From Lingula anatina (taxonomy: Eukaryota > Animalia > Brachiopoda): a stretch of DNA of 64,000 nt. The notes under the pieces were generated by a model. The model did not search any database. It saw nothing but the letters and a program-made list of their open reading frames with translations, and was not told where the DNA came from. Location of the stretch: assembly GCA_051362555.1 (NCBI GenBank), contig CM120640.1, positions 21,452,001 through 21,516,000 of the forward strand, in the 5' to 3' direction. The position numbers and the translations under genes were made by a program. This document shows, one piece after another, positions 53,059 through 64,000 of the stretch (the stretch's first letter is position 1; each line of letters starts with the position of its first letter).

Positions 53059-54606
53059 TTCAGCGTCGTTTTTCGTTTTTCAAAAGAAAAAAAAAACATT
53101 ACTTTGGATTTAAGGTTTTACTCGTAAACTTTAAATGTAAAGCTATACATGACTATCACACCGTTTTGAAATAAATAAAACACTTATTAGAACGTGGTTT
53201 CTCCATTAAGATGCAACTTTAAGAAAAAGAATATGAAAAAAAAACAGATTTTGTGACTAGACGATAGGTTCAATAAGTGCTTTCATGTCATAACAAAAAC
53301 GATATGATTTATTGTGTGTTCACTAAGTCTTTTATCCCCAGGCCGCTAGTAGTTGTAAACAAAAACTTGAATTTAAACTTTTTGTCCACGAGTCAATCTT
53401 ATACGATTTCTGTTGTGCTACAAGGAATAAATTTCTTCGACTGAAAATTGTGTTTTTGTAAGGCATTATTCTATTTACTTTGTTCCGAGTTGAAGTAACA
53501 GGACTCAAATCAATAAACTGTTGATTGAGGTGGGCGGTGATTAAGAGGGCGTCCACAGGAAAGGCGTGGCCCTTGTGAATGGGTACCTTTAAAATCCGGA
53601 CAAGCTGCTTATCGACGATTTGAAACTACGTGGGTTATCTAAAAATTAAGAACAACGCTTTATAATGTATCTAATGTATTAAAGCGGTTTAGAATATAGA
53701 GTCACTTTACGAGAACACCCAGGAAACTCTATGTAGAAATACTGATTATGAAAATGAGAGTGTAAAAAAGCCAGATGAGCGATTAAATGAGGAAAACAAT
53801 AATGACATTCAAGTCGTTTCCCATAAAAACACTCCAAAGTTAAACTGATGTTAAGATATTCCAAAATGTGAAACCTTTCAAACTAGAACGGTTTTATCTC
53901 AAATATTTGCAGAAAGGGAACCTCTGGGGCGGAACAATTTTTAATGAACAACAGAAAAATGAAATGTCGTTAAGTAGTTAATAGACGCTCTAAATCACGG
54001 TCCTTATAAAGCGGCCCGAAAAGTCCTATTGAAAACGCTAGTTGATGTGCGCTGAACCAGTGACTTGGTGTGACGAACACTAACTAAATTATCACTTTTC
54101 AAGCCATAAACACATCCTTGGACGAATGAATTTATTCGTTCTAGACGTGTCCAAGAGACCGGTACCTACTGTACTATAAAAAGATGTCACAACTGCAGCC
54201 AGACTTACTCTTTGACCACAGGGTTCGCTAGTAGTCTGTTACAAAATTATAGTATTCTCTACATATACTATACTGACTATTTGAAAGGATCCTGATATCA
54301 GAGGGTAAATAAGAACCCTATCCCCGTTCGGTCTACTATTCACCGAGCTAAGGCAACTCTTTTTTTTTTTTTTACAAAATATAATTTATATATAGTCGTA
54401 TCTCACGGTTTTCAGCAAGGGACGCCGTCACAAATAATCTCCCCAGGCTCAGCCCTGGGCTGATCGTGTTTTTTTAAGGAATTCAGCTAAGGCATGAACT
54501 GACCACCCCTCACCTGCACTTGACCGTTATTCTGATCATCAATACCATAAACATGAGACATAACAGAAACAGAACGCTCTATCTGGAGCACGGACACGGT
54601 CCGTAA

Positions 54607-54896
54607 AGGCCCTGTCACACCTAGCGTATAGTACTTACGTATGAGAAAAATTACCTATACGCAGACAAATACAAGGGATTTGTAAGAATTACGTCGTATA
54701 CGCAGACAAACGTTGGTGTGCACTTGCATACCCGGACGGAATGTTTTTACCACGTTCAAAAACAATTCCATACACTGCTTATATCTTTATTTTCATTCGC
54801 TGAAAACGGTGATTTCATAATCTCAAAGTTGTGCGTGTAATCGATGTCACATACGATACTCTTACGCACGTCTGTACGCTAGATGTGACAGAGCCT
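54607..54896. mobile_element. PIF/Harbinger-type MITE (TAA target duplication)
   Basis: TAA-AGGCCCTGTCACACCTAGCGTA ... TACGCTAGATGTGACAGAGCCT-TAA. TATACGCAGACAAA is repeated internally, and a possibly related fragment lies at about 31990-32080. Confidence 0.85.
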
Positions 54897-57800
54897 TAAC
54901 ATTTTGACAGAGATTACATTCACGGTCTGAAACACGAGCTTTTCGTTCAAATTAAATTTGAAGCTGTTGCAATCGCAACCATAAAATTAATCATGTTGCA
55001 AGTGTTTTTTTTTCTACTTACGTCTTCATCTTCATCTTCATTCGAAGTGAGTCGACAAAAAGTGGACTATTAGGAGGCGTGTGTCGTTAAATCACTACAA
55101 GCGTCCGTCGTCACTTCGAAAAGAATATACAAATATATAGCCAACGGAAGTCTTGTCCTGGCACTTTAATCTATAATAAAGGTTGCATACTATATGTCAC
55201 CAAAGGTCAGCAGAATACTATGTACATACTTTGGTATATGTACTTTATGTTCACTGTTCCGTTTATAGATAATAGTAATGGTTTCTTCTCGAACACCTAC
55301 GTTTTACGCTAGCTTTTCAGTTATACTTTTTGGGTGTATTAAGTTTGCTCTGTCGTATTATTTTGTGGCACCCGCCCTTGTCAGATATCCTCCGAGGTTG
55401 TTTTTCTCTGGTAGGCCTAAATACGTTGCTTTAGCGTCCGCCCACACACTTCACTTCACTGAGTTACGTCGCTGTATCCTTGTTTGTTTAAAAATTCCAC
55501 AGGTTTACATAAAAAAAGATATGAATGAGTTCTGCACCCTGGAGAAACGCAGAGGTAACTCGTTGTGACAAAAACAGGACGCTTGGTGCGTGGGCACGCA
55601 CTGTTGCACGCCTACGCGAAGTTGTTGTCAATGTCTGTGTTAAGTGTGCGGTCGTCGTCCGCCTTAACCTGCTCAAATTAGTGTTATGGTTAACCAGACG
55701 CCGACGTTCGAATCATCAATGGAAGTTGTGAAGCAGTGAGAAATGCATTCTATAGCTAATAAACAGAGCGGGTAAAAGTGTTCAACCTCCGTTTGTTTAA
55801 AAAAAGTAAACAGCGTCAGCATTTTGTGCCCGTCTACGCCGTGTGCGCATAAGAAATGGAGATCAAGTCATGCGTGCGACGTTCTACAAAAAAAAAAGCT
55901 GCTCTAGTTATATAAGCTCCGTACTTGCACTAAAAAATCTAGCGCCTTTTCTTCTACTAAAGTAAGCTTGCAGCATCAATGAACAGGTAAACACACTTGG
56001 TCTCAGAACAAGTCCTCTATTCACTCGCGCTCTCCAAAAATTGACTTTGGGAGTGCTCGGTGTGCACGCATGAACAGCCAGAGTTCACCTAACACAAACT
56101 CTTAGTAAAAATCCTTTCTGACTTGAGGGAACAGGGTGCGTTACCACGTTTACTTGTTTTAAACACCACGTGACTGACACTTTTTTTCAAAGTTTCTATC
56201 ATTATGCCTTCATTCACATACATGTATTACGCATGCTGTGCATCTCAGCCATACATATTTTGGCACTCCATAACTTTGGGACCTCTCTCTACCAATTCAG
56301 ACTCATCATTATTCTATTAGCACAAGCAACTCTGCCTTGCTGAATATCAAAGCACTCATTTGGAACCGCTGTATAAGGCATCTTCAATCAGGGTCGCATG
56401 TGTTCCTTTCAGCATATCCATAAACGTTTAATCTTATTTCAGTAGCAATACCAAAAACAGCATCGGGATCACTATACAGCTAGGGTTCAGAATTAGTCAT
56501 GGTGTAGATCAAATTCATTTACGCTGGGCATCTTCATTCAAGCGTCATGCAAGTCCTTGGCAAAATCGGCCATATGCAACACTCATTCTGCACAACTTCT
56601 GCATATTTCATTTGTGTTCAGAAAAGACCTAAGAATTAAATCTCTTATTCTGCTGAGAAGTGTCTGTGAAGTGTTATCTAAGCATAGTGTGTGTTCACAT
56701 TCATTTTATTATATTTTACATTACCTCATAGCATATTCCGATTACTCATTTGAAAAAAAAAACAACATATACTAGTACAGTTCAAAAGGAATATCAAAAT
56801 GGAAAATGTGCACAACATGTCCTCCAACACAGCATGTTCAGCTCTATTTAATCATTTATTTAATAATCATTTGCAAGATTACAACATGGAATCATTCATT
56901 GCCAGCTAGATAGCTTAAACACAATCACTGAAACGCACTAATGCATTAAACAAATCGTGCTGTCCTTATGGACACATACGCATTAAGCTTAACCATGGTG
57001 GTAAAGAAATGCGTCAAGCTACCATCTTTTTTTCTATACATTTGAACAAATTACAGTTTGGAAGAATACAAGGAACTTTTGTTGACATTTGATACGGGCC
57101 ACAGTAAGTTTTCAGTTTAAGGTAAAACTATTGACTTCCAACTCTCAATTTAAACTGTATTGTTGTTGGTAACTGTACCCACAAGGTATTGTATGAGTGT
57201 TCACCTGAAGGAGTAATAGGTCGAAGAGAGAGGTAATAGGTTTGGCTCGTTGTTTGCAAAGTGGACTGGACAAAGTGCTATGTTTTGTGAAAATATAAGA
57301 ATGTTTTCAAGTTCTAGCTATCTGATATAAATGAAGCGTAGCTTATAACTGATGCATATTTTTGCTTAAGGTTTGAATTGTATTTTTCGAATTTTTTTAC
57401 CTGGCCTGTTTAAATTGAGGGAAAACTTATGTGATTCGAGAGAAAATCCATAAAGTATATTTTCTGACCAGTTTTTTTTCTTAAGTTGGATATACTTTAT
57501 CAAAGATCCGTCTGTGGACTTAATAAAAAATACTTTTTTTACCTTTTAGAGACCAATATCTAAAACCTCAGGTACCTAATCTTGTTTGCTAAGTGCAAAT
57601 TTCACCATAAACATTTTCTTTTTGCAAAATCCTAACAAGTGTTATACCTTACAGCATATAAATATTTTACGGCATTGCACACATCCGAAAATTATTATTT
57701 AGGCAAGGAGCGTAAACCTGGTTTTTGTACAAGTTGATAATGGTGTTTTAAAGGTATACTCCCACAAGCTCATCAAAAGCTATAATTATCACTCACACCC

Positions 57801-59029
57801 AAAGAAAATTAATTCCAAAACCTACACGAGCCAACTTTATAAAACCGCCTTTTATGCGACCTGAATGGTTTCTAAAACATTCATTTACATATATGTACAT
57901 GATGAAAATAAGTCGCAGTTCTACTGTGCTTTTATCTTGTTTTCGTGAATTAATAAGTATTTTCTGAGGTGAGTAAATTAAATCATAACTGCGATTACCT
58001 GTCCGTATGTCTAATGTGTAAATATATTCAATAAGTTACTGGTAACCGTGATGAACTCAATTTTCTTGGACATTCAAATACCACTAACAAAAGACTTCGT
58101 AAGTCTTGTTTCTAGTGAAGATGGGTCGAACTAATTGAAATCCACTTAAACTGACCCTATAGCTAAGCAAATCACCGTCCGTTTTGGCGATTAAAATGCT
58201 CAATGTTGTAATAAAAAACATACGCGCTCTCGATGAAAAAAAGCTTTGTTTTGTATATACGAAACAAAATGTGGATCAATTTTTATGTGGCTCACATAAG
58301 TAACAACTAAAAATATATGCCTTCAGATTCGAGGATACGATGAGAGCCGGATATCTAATATATCAACACGTTTCACTTTAATGCGGTTAATTCCTCTACA
58401 AGTGATCTCCCAACACGATTGCGTCATCTAAATTGACCTCGATTCCATCCCCATGGGTTACGAGCCGCTTTCCTCCTACTCCTTCCTTAGTCCAGTCCCG
58501 CCCATTGATCTCTGGTGAACTTGCACACTAGATATACGTATCGAATTTCTGCTTCATAAAAAATAATGATTTAATGTTTTAAAATTTATGTATGAATGTA
58601 ATCAGAGAGCCTATTGAGGACGAGTTGTACTGAGTTCTGTCGATCAAAACTGTTAAACATAGCTATAACATCTTTATCTTATTCGGAATAAAATTCTTCA
58701 ATGCATTTCATTAATGCCGGAGTGTCTTATTTTGAGTTCTGTCAGTCCATACATTAAAGATGCATTTTTCCTCCAGGAAGTGTACTAGAATGTCGGACAG
58801 TGGTTAATACTTTTTCTGTGAGGGCCATAACACATCACGTAGACACCTTTTAACTAACATCTAGTAAGTGTCATGGACTCTGGGGACAGTGTCTCAAAAG
58901 AACTTTTAGGTCGAAAGTTGGACTTCCCTTTTTTTGTCAAGATAAATATAAGGGGATTCCTACTGAAACATTGTTTCAGTTTAAAAGAGAGAGATAAGTG
59001 TTAGACCATGCAATAGCTGCTTTGTTTTA

Positions 59030-59270
59030 GACTGGGTTCCCATACCTAGATCGATCTAATAGGATTGATCTATCTCCGAGGGGTTTCTCGCTAAATTGCT
59101 TTCGGTTTAAGCGGCTTAGATGTCTGGCACGCCTACTGAAGTTGCTAAACGATAGTTAATTACCCCCTAGCAGCGTCTAAGCCGCTTTAGTTTATTGCAA
59201 TTTTGCGAGAATCCCCTAGGAGATAGATTGATCCACAGTTAGTACGGTAGTGTCTGGGAATAGTCCCTTA
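59030..59270. mobile_element. MITE family B, internally palindromic copy
   Basis: GATCTATCTCCGAGGGGTTTCTCGCTAAATTGC..AAGCGGCTTAGA is inverted as TCTAAGCCGCTT..GCAATTTTGCGAGAATCCCCTAGGAGATAGATTGATCC. Motifs are shared with 6061-6351. Confidence 0.7.
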
Positions 59271-62200
59271 GTGGACTGTTAACCTTAATAGAAGTAAAAA
59301 AATACTCGTTTTTAAAGTAAAGGCCAACATTCGACCCTAAGTTATTTTTCAAATTGGCCCCCGATTATGAAGAAAGGCGCAACAGAGTGTCACTGTTTTC
59401 TTAATTTCACAAGTGACAACAAAAGAGTTATAGAAACAGCAAGAATAATGTCTGTGCCACGAACTTTATTACATTGAACGCCCATCATGCTGCGTGCTAC
59501 AGCAACATTACCAATTTCACATCACTATACAGTACAGTGTCACCAATCTACTTAGTATTCAGTTATACTTGAAGTTTCAATTTGAGGTATCAGACATCGT
59601 CAATCTTTCCAAATGAGTTCCGAGGGAGATAAAACTGTGATCACAAAATCAGGGCACCGGGTGCACCACTTAACCTGGCTATATAGAAAATACTGATCCT
59701 AATAACAACTTTCATAAAGTTCATTTTCATTCAGGGCGTACACAGTCCCGGCGTCATTCGGGAATTTCATCCAGGCTCATCTTAATCTGTTAAAACGTCT
59801 TTTTGAGATACTATCTTTGTATTTGATAACACCAAAGGATATGCATTCATTTAGTTACGTGCGCGACAAGTTGGATATTTAAGTGCACACAGGTCGCCGC
59901 TCGACATGATATCCATGTATTACAAAACTTAACAGACACAATATAAAAATTATTAGCATAAAGATTGAGTTATAGGTCACGCATATCAGAAGTAAATTGT
60001 ACTTTATGTGACAATCCGTCATACAAAATGTGAATCACATCGCAATACAGAGTGACGGACAAGTTAAATAGTTGGGAGTGCATTGTGCATTACTTTACAA
60101 TGATACAGCTTCGTGAATTAAATCGTTTTTTTTTTTTTTTGGGGGGGGGGGGTTGGTATTTAATATTTTAACATATCTATATGTGTCAGTTTTAACAGGG
60201 GTTGGAACATTGGCACAAATATTCTGATCAATCCTGTTCATACTACATGATCTTACTGGATGAAAAATTTTTGTAATTGAATCCTATTTCTCTCGAAAGT
60301 CTCTGCTCGTTGAAACGATTGAGCAGAGACGTCATTTTGCTTTGATCCGCGGTGACAATATCGGCAATACTGATGTACATATATACGTATACTAGGAAAT
60401 TGGATCCTTGGTGGAGATCACTGGTTTTCTGCCAGAGGTCACCGTGCTCTCTGGGCACAGTATGCCGGTCACATCACCGCTCTGTAATTGAAATATGTGT
60501 GGTCAAAATATGGGTGCTCAAATAATAGGTGAATGGTCAAACCATCCTGATCCCAACAAACACGTCTTTCAATTTTGAATCGTTTTGCCTGACTTCACTT
60601 GATGCAACCTTGGGCCTATTATACGGAATCGTTGACAATCTAGAATGTGGAATGATGTGTGCTTGGCCTGATATGTAACCGAGTGGAGTGAGAGTCGACT
60701 GGTGTACGGTACCGACATTTTAATACGATGAGAAAATGTAACCAGAACAGCCGCTAGGCAAAGGTTAATACGACACAACAATTAAAACAATTAACGAGTG
60801 CACTTGTTGATCATCAGTAGCGACCTCGTCGCATCAGTTTGTCATCTTGAAGGTATCTTGTACAAGATACGTGTAGGAAATATCATTTGGGAGAGGGTAA
60901 TTCTCAAAAATACAATTTAAGAGTGGCTTCTGTATCCTGTTTACATGTATTAGAGAGATGAATCGTGTCTCTACTCTTTAGTCTCTTAGAAGATTATCTT
61001 ATTGAGTCCTATTGAAGAAATGTGAAGGTATCCTTGCCCTTCAATTATACCTTTTTCCAAAGAAATACTTTCAAAGCTCTGTGTACTGTTAAATACCAGC
61101 CGAAGTAAAGGTAATTATGAGATGTTCATTCCAGCAAAGTAATCGAACACCTTTCTGTATCATTTAAGTACAAAACAAAACCATAGAGAAAATTCCTTTA
61201 TCTTATCTTATTGCATAATAGATGAGTAAAAAACGTTTAGGTAGCAGAAGATGAGAGGTTTTGTTGAATAACGCCTACATAGTTCAAAACTTGCATTTGG
61301 CAGAGGTTATAAAACGATATAAAGCAGATCGTAAAATCTCCGAAAAACAGCGAGATTTCACGCAATTTGAGTATTAAACGTCTGAAGTGGCTCCACTTTT
61401 TAGAAAGAGTGTCTGCAATGTGTCCTTGGGGGCGGAGAATTATGTAATGATAATTTGAACCCTCTTCAAATCAGTGTCGAAGTTTATGATTCACAATGTT
61501 AAATATCCCTTGTGCTAGGTTAAATCCACCAAAAGTAGGCCTAATGGAGTATCGAATAATGGCTATAATGGACGGGTCCGCTAACAATGGTACATTGTCC
61601 TAGCACCGTGCCCTATCTGAAAGGATCCGAGTGAGAAGCAACAATAAAATGTGTCTGAAGTTTCAAAACAAAAAATGATTAAGTTCAATCACTTTAGATC
61701 CCCCTCCCTGCTTTTTATTCCTCCTAACTCTCCCAGTTCTTTATTATACTTCTTCCCCCATCATAAACATACAGTGTATATGTTGGCCAAAATATATATC
61801 ACTAACAGTATATCTAAAAACTAAAACTATATCAACAAGTTCAAAAAGCTACCAGTACAGCTTGTATAGTTGTCAGAGAATTGCCAGCTACGCTCGTAAG
61901 TACATGTACTTGAGAAGTGTCCTTGTGTAGGTGGACTGTTGCTGAGCTGGAGACTGCATAATAAGCCTGACTTCAGACAGAACAGTCCAGTACCCGTTAA
62001 ATATATCTGTTTATGTTAGGACACCATGTTATTTCAAATGGGTAGTCTGCTGGCATCTCTGCGTGAATAAAATCACATTATTCTGCCGTATTTCCTCTCT
62101 CCAAATGTGCAACAGTTGAATTCCAGGTCAACACGGTAACCGCCACCCAATGGCAATTAATGGATAACGAGAGTCATCTTTTTGGGCCTGCCCATGCATC

Positions 62201-64000
62201 CCCCATTCATCAGCATAAGAAGTGAACATCCGTCAACCGCAGCATATTATCACTTGCTACAACAAGGCTACATCACTGTGCATGCCATGACAACCTCGCT
62301 TGACTTTGGATTCAACTCCTAAATCTAACCAATATTATTCTAGCTTTTTTATTTTGCAGTATTATTTAGTGATACTGTTCTATGATTTGAGGAATATGTA
62401 TCAATTTTTAAAAATTCGAAGTTAGTAGTAGGTACCAGTAGGTATTTATTTATTATCATGTATAATACAGGAAATGATCAAACCATAGAAACAAGTCCCA
62501 TATGTGGAAACAACGTGATGACAGCATGAAGAACATTGACACCTAAATCGTCACACTTCAGTGTTGGAAGTGATGCTCTGTATAATCTCACAATAATATT
62601 GTTTTCAATATTTTTATCTGCAACTAGCATCCCACACGAAATTAACCGAAAGGATAGCATACCGCCATCCAAAATGCGGTGAGACGTGACTGTGTCTGCA
62701 TGGTCTACTGTCACCTATTTGTCCGTTATGCAGACCGGTGTAACACGATGACGGGGGCGAAATTTGAAGTGTATGTATGCGTAGTAGACTAGTTTAAATA
62801 AACCAACACCGTGTGTACATCCATAACCGAATGCCTTTAGCTATTTAGCATAATGGCAATGCACTCCTTGCTTCAAAACGCTGACAGCAGTTTTCGAATC
62901 GGTGTCAGTTGCCTGTGATAGAGATAGTAGTATATTGCAGGCAGTAGATCATCTCGTCTGGAACCCCTTAACTGCTACTGTTGTAAACAATGCCCATTCA
63001 TACTTACAACTTGTCATCCGACCTATCTAGAGAAACACACAGCTAAGTTCATACGGGGTCAGTGATTATAGGGGACAGTGACAATGTCTAAGAAAACAGC
63101 GACAATGACATTGCTTTCATAAAATGCACTGGACAAGAAAGTAGGTATGCACTAATGTACACTCAACCGGTAGAGAAAAAGTTAAGGTAAATACATACCT
63201 TTATGCACTGTCACTCGTTTGTAGGGTATAGCTCCATTCATGCGAACCAAAGCTACGGCCTAATATTACATCGAGATCGTTGCCTTTCCCCGTGGAAATA
63301 CAAGAGTTGCGTTGCTACAGTATTCCTATTTGTTACCAATCTGATAAAGAATAAGACTTGATTTTACATACCTTTCATTGACAACTCCACAGTCACTCTG
63401 CGCCGTTGTCATAGCTCAACAATATGTAGAATAGCTTCACAAACTCGTAAAACCAGTCTTCCCAGTGCTATGATAACTGATGCAGTTAATAAACCAGTTC
63501 TCCAACAAAAAGAGTTTTCCTCATAGAACGGGTGTACTTTTGACGGGTCGACGACCACCTGATACCTCGGAGAATCCCAGAAAGATACGAGACACTCTGA
63601 GAGATGCGCCGTCAGTCCACATAGGCTGGCCTGATGATAGCGGATTAGCTCGCGATGTTATTAGCTCACAGTTCTCGTCGGCTGAATGCTTGGATGATTA
63701 ATGTGAAAGGAGGAAGCCTAAAGGGGTGTAGGATGGAGACTTCCAATGTTTGCGTGATTATGGGACCTTTTTTGACAGGCTCAGGGAATTCAAGCGAATG
63801 TGGACGCTGAAGACACTTCTGTGCTGTTGTTTGGTGTTGTTTTCTGTGAGGTTTTCGAAGAAATGAGCGCAATTTTGAAATGCTCCCTATTTGGACAAAT
63901 GATGGATCTTTTTTAACCGCAGTGAGAGCATGTCATATAAGATACTGTCTCCGCAGTGGCTTATAGTTAATAGGTTTTGATGTGTTTATTTGGCAACTGT

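Overview
AT-rich, intron-containing animal genomic DNA, probably a lophotrochozoan such as a mollusc (inferred from gene and repeat style, not proven). I assembled gene models by hand from GT-AG splice sites and reading-frame phase. In order: the last two exons of an SH3YL1-like gene (+); a complete sFRP3/4 (FRZB-like) gene (-); a 10-exon bacterial-chitobiase-type GH20 beta-N-acetylhexosaminidase (-); a solitary intronless histone H1 (+) with a 3' stem-loop; an SMPDL3-like metallophosphodiesterase (-); an LRRC74-like LRR plus EF-hand gene (-); and grainyhead-like (-), whose first exon is unresolved, followed by about 12 kb of non-coding upstream or intronic DNA. Several MITE families, one near-perfect 250-bp palindrome, a 51-nt C run and microsatellites are interspersed. 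The most notable observation is that the GH20 gene has intact splice sites but two deletions in its catalytic barrel: one in-frame at a short inverted repeat and one frameshifting at an apparent microhomology. Also notable, the histone H1 3' processing element may double as the downstream poly(A) element of the convergent SMPDL3 gene. I found no CRISPR array, rRNA, tRNA or autonomous transposon.
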